From Hydrurus foetidus (Eukaryota), in assembly GCA_900617105.1 (NCBI GenBank), contig UYFQ01000023.1, positions 186,001 to 250,000 of the forward strand: a stretch of DNA of 64,000 nt. The letters are read 5' to 3'. Below, one piece after another: positions 40,131 to 48,431 of this stretch. A model generated the notes under the pieces. It did not search any database and had not been told where the DNA came from. It saw only the letters and a program-made list of their open reading frames with translations. Made by a program: the position numbers and the translations under genes. How positions within the stretch are numbered: position 1 is the first letter of the stretch; each line of letters opens with the position of its first letter.

Positions 40131-41009
40131 ATGCAAGCCCTTTGGATGTTGCTCGCCGCCTTTTTGTTTGCCACCATGGGCGTGTGCATCAAGTACGCGG
40201 CCAGCAGCTTCAACAGCATGGAGCTGGTGTTCTACCGGGGTGTGATCGGTGTTTTCTTCATGTTCGGCTTGGCCCGCCTGCGCGGCGTGAAGCTCTCTAC
40301 CCAGTACCCATGGATGCACATCTGGCGCAGCCTGATTGGTGTGCTATCGCTCAGCGCCTGGTTCTACGCCCTCGCCCACCTGCCCCTGGCAACCGCCATG
40401 ACGCTGAACTACATGAGCAGCGTCTGGATTGCCGCCTTCCTCGTCGGTGGCGCCTTGCTGCTCGGGCGCGGTCAAGCCCAAGGCCCCTTGGTGATGACGG
40501 TGCTGGCTGGCTTCGCTGGGGTGGTGCTGCTGTTGCACCCCACCGTAGACCAAAACCAAGCTTTCGCAGGCTTGCTGGGCCTGCTGTCAGGCATCGGTGC
40601 TGCCTTCGCCTACATGCAGGTGATGGCGCTGGGCAAAATCGGTGAACCCGACGAGCGCACCGTGTTTTACTTTGCCGTGGGCACCGTGATCGCTGGCTTG
40701 ATCGGCATGGCCGGCGTGGGAGTATCTGGCTGGAGCTGGCAAGGTGCCGTATGGCTGCTGCCGATTGGCTTGCTGGCATCTGCTGGGCAACTGTGCATGA
40801 CACGCGCCTACAGCCGAGGCTCCACGCTGGTGGTGGCCAGCTTGCAGTACTCTGGCATCGTGTTTTCGGCCATCTACAGCCTGCTGCTGTTCGGCGACCA
40901 GATACCCGCCATGGGTTGGGCGGGCATGGGCTTGATCGTCACCAGCGGTGTCGCCGCCACCATTCTGCGCGCCCGCGCTGTGCCGGATGCCCCGGCGGAA
41001 GAGCATTGA
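40131..41009 (+). CDS. DMT/EamA family transporter
   Basis: Ten TM helices, EamA repeats. Confidence 0.88.
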   Translation: MQALWMLLAAFLFATMGVCIKYAASSFNSMELVFYRGVIGVFFMFGLARLRGVKLSTQYPWMHIWRSLIGVLSLSAWFYALAHLPLATAMTLNYMSSVWIAAFLVGGALLLGRGQAQGPLVMTVLAGFAGVVLLLHPTVDQNQAFAGLLGLLSGIGAAFAYMQVMALGKIGEPDERTVFYFAVGTVIAGLIGMAGVGVSGWSWQGAVWLLPIGLLASAGQLCMTRAYSRGSTLVVASLQYSGIVFSAIYSLLLFGDQIPAMGWAGMGLIVTSGVAATILRARAVPDAPAEEH

Positions 41010-41072
41010 TTCAAGGCTGGCAGCAGCAAGCCATGCTTGGTGGTTTTCGCCTCTTTATGCTAGGCTTCAGCC

Positions 41073-41255
41073 ATGAACACCGCTTTATCCCCCCTTGTAT
41101 CGGAGTTTGATACACAAGAGCAAGCCACCAGCTACGACCGCTGGTTTTGTGCCAAGGTTCAAGCCAGTCTGGACGATCCACGCCCCAATGTCCCCCATGA
41201 CGTGGTGATGGATGAGATGCGTGCCTTGCTGGCAGCCAAATGCACCGTGCTATGA
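41073..41255 (+). CDS. Orphan type II antitoxin (PaaA2/stability-determinant-like)
   Basis: SPLVSEF..EQA.SYDRWF.AKVQASLDDPRP.VPHD motif; no toxin ORF follows. Confidence 0.75.
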   Translation: MNTALSPLVSEFDTQEQATSYDRWFCAKVQASLDDPRPNVPHDVVMDEMRALLAAKCTVL

Positions 41256-41291
41256 CCGGGTGCGATTCACAATGATGTGCAGACGGCGTTG

Positions 41292-41468
41292 ATTCGGGCG
41301 AGGTGCAGGTTTTTTGGGGTCGGATTCCAATATCCATGCGAAGCACCCGATAGGGACACCCGCAGGGTGGTGGATTTTGGACTCTGACCCCAATAAACCG
41401 GGGCCACTCAGCACAAGTCTTGAGCACCTCACCCTGAACCCGCAGTTATTGGGGGTCAGATTCCAAAA
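41292..41468. repeat. REP/REPIN-like element, inverted and truncated copy of 27580-27751
   Basis: Reverse complement aligns with the 27.6-27.75 kb element (GGGGTCGGATTCCAATATCCA...TGGATTTTGGACTCTGACCCC). Confidence 0.85.
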
Positions 41469-41520
41469 ACGACTGACCACCACACGGTTTCAATCCCCAT
41501 TACTTTGAACCACACCTGCC

Positions 41521-42384
41521 ATGACCTACACCACCCTGATCTCGATTCCCCAGATCCAAGCCCTGCAAGCCGCTGGCACCCCGTTGATGGTGTTTGACTG
41601 CACCTGTGACCTGATGAAGCCTGAGCTGGGGCCACAGCAGTACACCGAGTCACACATCCCCGGTGCCATCTACGCCAATTTAGACACCGCCTTGAGCGAC
41701 AAATCGGGTGCGGCAGATACCGCCTCAGGTGGCCGCCATCCCCTGCCCTCGCGCGAAAAATTCGCAGCGTGGCTCAGCAGCGTCGGTTTCACCAACACCA
41801 TGCAGGCCGTGGTTTACGACCGCAACGGCGTGAACTACGCCGGTCGCCTGTGGTGGATGCTGAAATGGGCCGGACACGATGCGGTGGCGGTATTGGACGG
41901 AGGGCTGCAAGCCTGGACGGCCAGCGGCGGCGAGGAAGCGCGGGGCGTTGAAACCCCATTAGCACCCTCAAAATACGCCTTATCGCAGCCTTTGCGTGTG
42001 TTAGCAGCTATTAAAACCGTAGCATCCGGTATCGGAAAAGCCCACCAAACCATCATCGACGCCCGTGCCACACCGCGCTTCAAAGGCGAAGTAGAGCCGC
42101 TAGACCCCATCGCCGGTCACATCCCTGGCGCGTTGAACCGGCCCTTCAACCTGAACATCGGTGCCGACGGCAAATTCAAACCCGCTGCACTTCTCAAAGC
42201 CGAGTTCGAAGCGCTTTTGGGAGGCCGCGACCCGTCCAGCGTCGTCCACCACTGCGGCAGCGGCGTGAGTGCCGTGCCGAATGTGCTGGCGATGGAAATT
42301 GCGGGCTTGGGGCAAGCTGCGCTGTTTGCAGGCAGCTGGAGCGAGTGGAGCAACACGGCAGGGATGCCAGTGGCGCAGGGCTGA
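41521..42384 (+). CDS. sseA: Sulfurtransferase (two-domain rhodanese)
   Basis: HIPGA twice, GRHPLP, CGSGVSA, GSWSEW. Confidence 0.88.
   Translation: MTYTTLISIPQIQALQAAGTPLMVFDCTCDLMKPELGPQQYTESHIPGAIYANLDTALSDKSGAADTASGGRHPLPSREKFAAWLSSVGFTNTMQAVVYDRNGVNYAGRLWWMLKWAGHDAVAVLDGGLQAWTASGGEEARGVETPLAPSKYALSQPLRVLAAIKTVASGIGKAHQTIIDARATPRFKGEVEPLDPIAGHIPGALNRPFNLNIGADGKFKPAALLKAEFEALLGGRDPSSVVHHCGSGVSAVPNVLAMEIAGLGQAALFAGSWSEWSNTAGMPVAQG
41962..42023 (-). repeat. Dispersed 62-bp motif in the sseA interdomain linker
   Basis: Minus strand GCTACGGTTTTAATAGC-TGCTAAC-AC-ACGCAAAGGC-TGC...TATTTT. Confidence 0.7.
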
Positions 42385-42509
42385 AGGCCTCACTCACCCC
42401 TGCTTGCTCTACGCCTTTTCTATTACGGTGTCGTCACTCAATCTGAGAGAGTGTTTACGGCCCCTGAAGAAGCAAAGCAAGGAATGTTAAATATGGCAAG
42501 GCAAGACCT

Positions 42510-43788
42510 CGTATATTCAATCCGCCGAGCAGTTAAGCTTGAATTGTTTGATTGAACAGGCTGGGTCGGGAGAGGCTGGCAAGACTTTGAGCATTGAAGC
42601 TCGTGGGTCAGATAAGTCCCCCGATCCATTATTCGTTCCATCAAAGATCGAACGGTAACTTGGGCCGCTGCCTTGTGCTGATGAGCCCGCATACGAGGTG
42701 GATCATGAATGGTAACGAAGCTTCTGCATCAAGCATTTTGGCAACGACTGACGTGCATGTGGGTATCGATGTATCCAAGCTCAAACTTGATGTCGCACGC
42801 CTGCGGCATGGAAAGTTTCGAAGCAAGGTGTTCAGTAACAATGTTGCAGGGTTCAAAGCACTTGTAGCGTGGCTACTTGAAGATGGCGTGACGCTCAGCC
42901 AAGCGCACCTGTGTTTAGAAGCCACAGGCCCCTACAGCGAAGCATTGGCCGTTTGGCTGTGTGATGCTGGATGGCGAATCAGTGTGGTCAATCCAGCCCG
43001 TGTGAAGGGATTTGCTCAAAGCGAGCTGGCACGAAACAAGACTGACAAAGCAGACGCCGCCTTGATTGCACGGTTTTGCGCCGCGCTTGCGCCCGAACCA
43101 TGGTGCCCACCCAGCATGGCCATTCGCCAACTGCGCAGCTTGGTAGAGCGGCTGCAAGCGCTCAAAGACATGCACCAGCAAGAAGTCAACCGCATGGAAG
43201 CAGCTCATGCAACGGGCGACAAGTTAACGCAGACCTACATTCGCGAGCATGTGGTCTATCTGGAGGCCGCGATCAAGACACTGCAAAAGGCCATTGACGA
43301 CCACATTGCGGGCGAGCCTCAATTGCACAGTGATGCCCAGTTGCTCGCCAGTATCCCAGGCATAGGGGCAGTGACGCTTGCCAAAGTCATGGCTTATGCG
43401 GGCAATGTAGAGCGATTTACCAGTGCAAAGGCCCTCAGTGCTTTTGCCGGTGTATGCCCTCAGCAACGGCTGTCAGGCACCAGCGTAAAGGGGCGCAGCA
43501 TGATCAGCAGGCGTGGGCATGAGGATTTGCGCCGTTCGCTGTACATGCCTGGCATGGTGGCACTTCGTTACAACCCGCTGGTTCAGGAAATGGCGCTGCG
43601 CTTGAGAGCAAAAGGCATGGCCCCCAAGGCCATCATTGCTGCGGCGATGCATAAATTGCTGCATTTGATCTACGGCGTTTTGAAAACGCGTAAACCGTTT
43701 GATGCGAACTGGGCTAAAAATACCGCCACCTTGATGGCAGATTCCGTCATTTTTTCAGTCAGAACTGTTGACTTTCAAGACGGTATCT
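42510..43788 (+). mobile_element. IS110-family (IS621-like) insertion sequence, apparently complete
   Basis: DEDD recombinase; CT core at 42508-42509 and 43787-43788; ends ACGGTAT-CT / CT-CGTAT resemble the IS621 donor; no terminal inverted repeats. Confidence 0.9.
42518..42702 (+). ncRNA. Bridge RNA of the IS110 element (predicted; 5' end approximate)
   Basis: Target loop guides GCAAGACTT (42579-42587) and GGGTCAG (42605-42611); donor loop guides ACGGTAACT (42652-42660) and ATACGAG (42691-42697); flanking stems present. Confidence 0.85.
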
Positions 43789-43790
43789 GA
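42705..43790 (+). CDS. IS110-family recombinase (transposase)
   Basis: VGIDVSK, LEATG, KTDKADA (DEDD), SIPGIG, RLSGTS catalytic Ser; GAGGTGG SD. Confidence 0.95.
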   Translation: MNGNEASASSILATTDVHVGIDVSKLKLDVARLRHGKFRSKVFSNNVAGFKALVAWLLEDGVTLSQAHLCLEATGPYSEALAVWLCDAGWRISVVNPARVKGFAQSELARNKTDKADAALIARFCAALAPEPWCPPSMAIRQLRSLVERLQALKDMHQQEVNRMEAAHATGDKLTQTYIREHVVYLEAAIKTLQKAIDDHIAGEPQLHSDAQLLASIPGIGAVTLAKVMAYAGNVERFTSAKALSAFAGVCPQQRLSGTSVKGRSMISRRGHEDLRRSLYMPGMVALRYNPLVQEMALRLRAKGMAPKAIIAAAMHKLLHLIYGVLKTRKPFDANWAKNTATLMADSVIFSVRTVDFQDGI

Positions 43791-43841
43791 CCCTGGCTTT
43801 TCTGCACAAAAGCATTCCACAAAACTACAACTTTAAAACTA

Positions 43842-43862
43842 CCGCTTAACGCGGCGTTATCC
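43842..43862 (+). other. Right half of a relic attC-like site preceding the GNAT gene
   Basis: CCGCTTAACGCGGC-GTTATCC immediately before CTC-ATG; complementary GGGATAA at 44287-44293. Confidence 0.5.
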
Positions 43863-43865
43863 CTC

Positions 43866-44330
43866 ATGGAAGTGACCGTCTATCCCGCCACAGAAGAAGA
43901 GGTTCGCAGCGGCTACGTTGGCCGTCAACTACGCGGATTCAACTATGGCTTTGTGGGTGAATATCCAGAAGTGCAGTACATCCGCTTGAACGCTCGGGAC
44001 ATAGACGGTCAGGTGGTCGGAGGTCTTCGAGCAGTCGTGGCAATGTATTGGCTGCGCGTTGAGGTGCTCTGGGTCAGCGAAGGTTTTCGAGGAAATGGTA
44101 TCGGCTCTCGTCTTCTTTCTGAATGCGAGCACTTGGCAGTGACCATCGGTGCTAAGAACGCTGCGCTAGAAACTTTCGAATGGCAGGCGCCTAGCTTTTA
44201 TGAAAAACATGGGTATGAGGAAGCTGGTCGAATGGAGAATTACATTGGAGGCTTCTATCTCAGTATTCTGCGTAAACCGCTCGTCCGGGATAAAGCAGTG
44301 GTTCAATTCCGGCCAACTTCTCTCAACTGA
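43866..44330 (+). CDS. GNAT family N-acetyltransferase
   Basis: LWVSEGFRGNGIGSRLL acetyl-CoA motif, QAPSFYEKHGY. Confidence 0.9.
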   Translation: MEVTVYPATEEEVRSGYVGRQLRGFNYGFVGEYPEVQYIRLNARDIDGQVVGGLRAVVAMYWLRVEVLWVSEGFRGNGIGSRLLSECEHLAVTIGAKNAALETFEWQAPSFYEKHGYEEAGRMENYIGGFYLSILRKPLVRDKAVVQFRPTSLN

Positions 44331-44414
44331 TGTCGCTGGCGTATTTCTTTCTCATACCCGTCATTGCGAGGGGCAATTCAGGGTATGAGGATCGCCAACA
44401 CGTTCTGAGGGGGT

Positions 44415-45674
44415 TTACTGCTTGCCAATCTCGGTCAACAAGCGAGTCATCAGGTACAGGCGAGGCACGATGGAATCGACCTCGATGTACTCGTCTTTGG
44501 CGTGGTAGCCAAAGCCTGCTAAACCAAAGCTTTCCACCACGGCCGCTTTACCGGAACGGCCTGCGTAGCCCGCATCCGTGCCGCCGCCCGTCATGGGCAC
44601 CAGCTGCAAGGGGCGACCATCGAGTTCTGCGTAAATGGCTTGGGCTTGGGCTGCCAGTGCGCGGCCTTTGTCGTTGGCTACAAAAGAGGGGCGACCCACC
44701 ACCAATTTCACACTGGTTTGCGTATCGGGCACCAAGCGGGATTCGGCGATCTTGGCCTGCAACGCCGTCAGCAGTTTGGCTTCCGCACCGGGGATGGTGA
44801 TGCGCACATCGCCCGTGGCTTCGGCGGATTCAGGAATTTGGTTAACGACGCGTCCAGCCTTGGACAGCGTCCAGCTCAGTTGCACACCGGGAATGTCTTT
44901 GGCCACATCGCGCGTTTGCGTGATTTGGTGTGACAACTCGACCAAGGCATTGCGGCCCAACTCAGGTGCGGCACCTGCGTGTGACGTGCGGCCTTTGACC
45001 TCCAGCGTGGCACTGGCAATGCCCGCAGCCCCCAGCAGCAAAGCCTCGGTTTTGGCAACGGCCTTGGCTGCGGTGGGTTCGCACGAGAACACCACATCAT
45101 GCTGCTCTGCCAAGGTGGCAATCAGCTCACCAGAGTCGCGCGAGCCAACCTCTTCATCGGCATTGAACACCACCGTCAGCGTGGCAAAGTCGCGCCAACC
45201 GGTATCACGCAAAATTTTGAGCGAGTGCAAGATCACAGCGATACCGCCTTTGTCGTCCGCGATGCCAGGGCCGTAAATGCGGTTGCCTTCCACGCGGTAG
45301 GGCTGGCTGGTCAAAATACCGATTTGGTACACCGTGTCCATGTGCGCCATCATCATCACGCGCTTTTTGCCCGTGCCCTCAAAGCGACCGATCACGATGT
45401 CACCACCGCCTTCACGGGGGGATTTGACGCGCTCTGTCTTGGCTCCCATGGCTTGCAAACGCGCTTCGGTGAAAGCGGCCATTTTGGCCAAACCGGCGGG
45501 ATCACTGCTGCCCGACTCGATCATCACCATGTCACGCAGGCTGTCGATCACGGCGGGCTGGGCTTGCTCAGCGGCAGCCTTCAGGCGGGTATCGAGGGCG
45601 GCGTTGGCACTGGTAGCAAGCCCGGCAAGGGTCAGTGCGGCGATCAGGGTGGATGCGGTTTGACGCAGGTTCAT
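44415..45674 (-). CDS. Glutamate carboxypeptidase (M20, carboxypeptidase G2-like)
   Basis: Signal peptide, AHMDTV, GPGIADDKGG, DEE, GGGTDA. Confidence 0.88.
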   Translation of the reverse strand: MNLRQTASTLIAALTLAGLATSANAALDTRLKAAAEQAQPAVIDSLRDMVMIESGSSDPAGLAKMAAFTEARLQAMGAKTERVKSPREGGGDIVIGRFEGTGKKRVMMMAHMDTVYQIGILTSQPYRVEGNRIYGPGIADDKGGIAVILHSLKILRDTGWRDFATLTVVFNADEEVGSRDSGELIATLAEQHDVVFSCEPTAAKAVAKTEALLLGAAGIASATLEVKGRTSHAGAAPELGRNALVELSHQITQTRDVAKDIPGVQLSWTLSKAGRVVNQIPESAEATGDVRITIPGAEAKLLTALQAKIAESRLVPDTQTSVKLVVGRPSFVANDKGRALAAQAQAIYAELDGRPLQLVPMTGGGTDAGYAGRSGKAAVVESFGLAGFGYHAKDEYIEVDSIVPRLYLMTRLLTEIGKQ

Positions 45675-45773
45675 AGAAGTCTCCAGGGTTTAAAGGTACG
45701 AAAAAATGACGAACACATGACACCGACAGCTTAACCACACAGGGGCACAGCGGGTGTCCTGCGCGGTACAGAC

Positions 45774-46517
45774 TCAGGGCGTTAAATACAAGTCGGCCAA
45801 TAAACCACGCTCGGCAGCGCCCAGACCCAAGTCGTGCGTCAGGTACGCCTCCACCCCGCCGTGGTCACGCTCCACCACCTCGAACGCCGCCATCAAAAAG
45901 TCTGTCTGCACGCGGTACAGCACATCGCGCACCTCGGGGGTCAGCGGGCCACCGGCGTGGGGGGGCATCTTCAGCAGCGCATTGGTCAGCAAATAGTCTT
46001 GCATCACCACCTCATGCGACACGCCCAGGCTCAGCAAAATCAGCGCGGCTGCAAAGCCGGTGCGGTCTTTGCCAGCGGTGCAGTGGAACACCAGCGGTGC
46101 ATCCGACGCGAGCAATTGGGCAAACAGCGCTTTAAAGCGCGGGGTGTTGTGGTGGACGAAATCGCGGTAGGTTTGCTGCATCAGGCTGACCATGTCGGCG
46201 CTGGTGAGCACGTCGCCTGCCTCTAAACGCTCGGTCAGCCGCTGAACCACAGTCGGCTCAATCGACAGCGCCTGCACCTGCGCGCCGGGCAAGATGCAAG
46301 GGGCGGTGAGGCGCTCTTGCGCACCCCGAAAATCGCAGACACGGTGAATACCCAAACCGGCCACCACAGCCACATCCGCCTGCGTCAAGCTGCCCAGATG
46401 GTCGGAGCGGAACAGTTTGCGCCACTGCACAGACCGCCCGTTCAGTCCGGTGTACCCGCCCAGATCACGGAAATTGGTGGCACCTTGGAGCGAGAGGGAA
46501 CGGGTAGGCGTGGGCAT
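45774..46517 (-). CDS. Protein tyrosine/serine phosphatase
   Basis: NFRDLGGY, HCTAGKDRTG. Confidence 0.9.
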   Translation of the reverse strand: MPTPTRSLSLQGATNFRDLGGYTGLNGRSVQWRKLFRSDHLGSLTQADVAVVAGLGIHRVCDFRGAQERLTAPCILPGAQVQALSIEPTVVQRLTERLEAGDVLTSADMVSLMQQTYRDFVHHNTPRFKALFAQLLASDAPLVFHCTAGKDRTGFAAALILLSLGVSHEVVMQDYLLTNALLKMPPHAGGPLTPEVRDVLYRVQTDFLMAAFEVVERDHGGVEAYLTHDLGLGAAERGLLADLYLTP

Positions 46518-46580
46518 GGTGGCTAGTTGATTAGGACGGTTGATTCAGCGCGCAAGTGTCGTTGAAAAGAAAGCTACAGG

Positions 46581-47372
46581 CTAATGCCCATGCACCCAGC
46601 CACTGACCACAGTGACCAAAGCAATCCCCACCAGCAGCCACGCAATCTGTGCCCCCGTCTCGCGGGCGGTCAAACGCTTTTGCAGCTGGGGTATCAAATC
46701 GGCCAGCGCCACGTACACAAAACTGCTGGACGCAGCCACCAAAAAATACGGCAGACCGCTTTGCAATTGCGCCACCAAAAAGAACCCCGCCAACCCACCC
46801 ACCGCTGTCACAGCCCCAGCCAGCGACACCTTCAGCAAGGCTATTTTGGGGTTGGATGAGCTTTGGCGCAGCACGATCAAATCGCCCATGTGGTGCGGCA
46901 CCTCATGCGCCAGCACGGCCAATGCAGCCACCAGCCCCAAATGCATGTCTGCGACAAAGGCCGAGGCAATCAGAATGCCATCGCCAAAGCAATGCACGCT
47001 GTCGCCCGTCAACACCGCCCAGCCACCGGGTTTGGGGGGGCTGTGGTGGTGGCCGTGGTGATCATGGCTGTGGCCATGGTCAGCAGCCTCATGGTGGTGC
47101 TCATGCCCGTGGTGCCACAGCTCCGCTTTGTCGAGCAAAAAGAAAAACACCAAACCCACCAGCAGCGTGGCAAACAGCGCTTTGGGCTCAATGCCGCTCT
47201 CGAAGGCTTCGGGCAGCAGGTGCATGAAGGCCGTGGCGAGCAACGCACCGGCGGCGAGACTGAGCAAATGCTGGGTAAAGCGGCCCATCAAAGCCATGCT
47301 GAGCAGGGCGGCAAGCCAAACACTGCCAATACCGGTTGCCAAAGTGGCGAAAAAAATGGCTACTAAAGTCAT
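46581..47372 (-). CDS. ZIP family metal transporter
   Basis: HLLPEA, His-rich loop, HEVPH. Confidence 0.9.
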   Translation of the reverse strand: MTLVAIFFATLATGIGSVWLAALLSMALMGRFTQHLLSLAAGALLATAFMHLLPEAFESGIEPKALFATLLVGLVFFFLLDKAELWHHGHEHHHEAADHGHSHDHHGHHHSPPKPGGWAVLTGDSVHCFGDGILIASAFVADMHLGLVAALAVLAHEVPHHMGDLIVLRQSSSNPKIALLKVSLAGAVTAVGGLAGFFLVAQLQSGLPYFLVAASSSFVYVALADLIPQLQKRLTARETGAQIAWLLVGIALVTVVSGWVHGH

Positions 47373-47420
47373 AGCTGAATACGCATACGAGGTATACGGT
47401 AAAACCTTATTTCTGAATCA
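47359..47420 (+). repeat. Dispersed 62-bp motif overlapping the ZIP start codon
   Basis: GCTACTAAAGTCATAGC-TGAATAC-GC-ATACGAGGTA-TAC...TTATTT. Confidence 0.65.
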
Positions 47421-47427
47421 AAAATAT

Positions 47428-47450
47428 AAAAAGCCGCCCACAGGCGGCTT
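47428..47450 (-). terminator. Rho-independent terminator
   Basis: AAGCCGCC-CACA-GGCGGCTT with an A-run on the left. Confidence 0.65.
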
Positions 47451-47473
47451 GAGTGAAAGCTGGCAAGCTCTGA

Positions 47474-48364
47474 TTAAGCCACACCGTGCGCCTTGAACCA
47501 TGCCAGGGTCTGTGTCCACCCCTCAGCAGCGGCATCTTGACGGTAGCTCGGGCGGTAATCGGCATGGAAAGCGTGCGGCGCATCAGGAAACAACACAAAC
47601 CGCGAGGCTTGGGCGGCTTTGCTGCCTTGGGCCAGTGCATTTTGCATTTTCGCGACCGTGTCCACAGGAATACCGCCATCCTTGCCACCATACAAACCCA
47701 ACACCGGAGCCTTCAGTTGACCCACCAGATCCAGCGGATGCTGGGGTGTAAGCGGGCTGCTTTGCCCCACCAAACGGCCATACCACGCCGCCGCCGCCCG
47801 TACTTTAGCGTTGTGCGCAGCGTAGAGCCAAGTGATGCGTCCCCCCCAACAAAACCCCGTGATCGCCAATTTTTGTGTATTCCCGCCATGCGCCCCAGCC
47901 CATGTGACCGCACCGTCCAAATCGGCCATCACCTGGGCATCGGGCACTTTGGAAACCACCTCGGCCATCAGTTTGGCGATTTCACCGTACTTGGTCGGGT
48001 CGCCTTGGCGGGCGTACAGCTCAGGTGCAATCGCCAAGTAACCGGCTTTGGCAAAGCGACGTGCGGTATCTGCGATGTACTCGTGGACACCAAAGATCTC
48101 TTGCACCACCAACACCACCGGCAAATTGGTTTTCCCCTCGGGAGCAGCAAAAAAAGCAGGCACTTTGAAGCCATTCACTTCAAAACTGATTTCACCCGTT
48201 TTCAGGCCGTCAGACGAGGTTTTGATGGCCGTTTGCGCCATGATGGGCAAGGCCGTGGCGGCATACCCGACACCTAAAGCGACTTTAAGTGCGCTGCGGC
48301 GGCTAGGCGTGCTCTGGCCGGGCAGCAAAGCGTTGAATTCTGTTTTGAGGTCTTCATTGAACAT
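47474..48364 (-). CDS. Dienelactone hydrolase family protein (Tat-type leader)
   Basis: QEIFG, GFCWGG, HAFHADYR; SRR leader. Confidence 0.9.
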   Translation of the reverse strand: MFNEDLKTEFNALLPGQSTPSRRSALKVALGVGYAATALPIMAQTAIKTSSDGLKTGEISFEVNGFKVPAFFAAPEGKTNLPVVLVVQEIFGVHEYIADTARRFAKAGYLAIAPELYARQGDPTKYGEIAKLMAEVVSKVPDAQVMADLDGAVTWAGAHGGNTQKLAITGFCWGGRITWLYAAHNAKVRAAAAWYGRLVGQSSPLTPQHPLDLVGQLKAPVLGLYGGKDGGIPVDTVAKMQNALAQGSKAAQASRFVLFPDAPHAFHADYRPSYRQDAAAEGWTQTLAWFKAHGVA

Positions 48365-48431
48365 GGAGGCTCCGTTAAGCGAATTAAGCGAACAGGTGTG
48401 CAGAATGGCACGGCGAAGTTTAGCCAACAAA

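Noticed and set aside
42594..42704. N-terminal extension of the transposase in the ORF track (TTG start at 42594)
   Set aside because: Region is better explained as bridge RNA; ATG 42705 has a good SD and sits just before the DEDD domain
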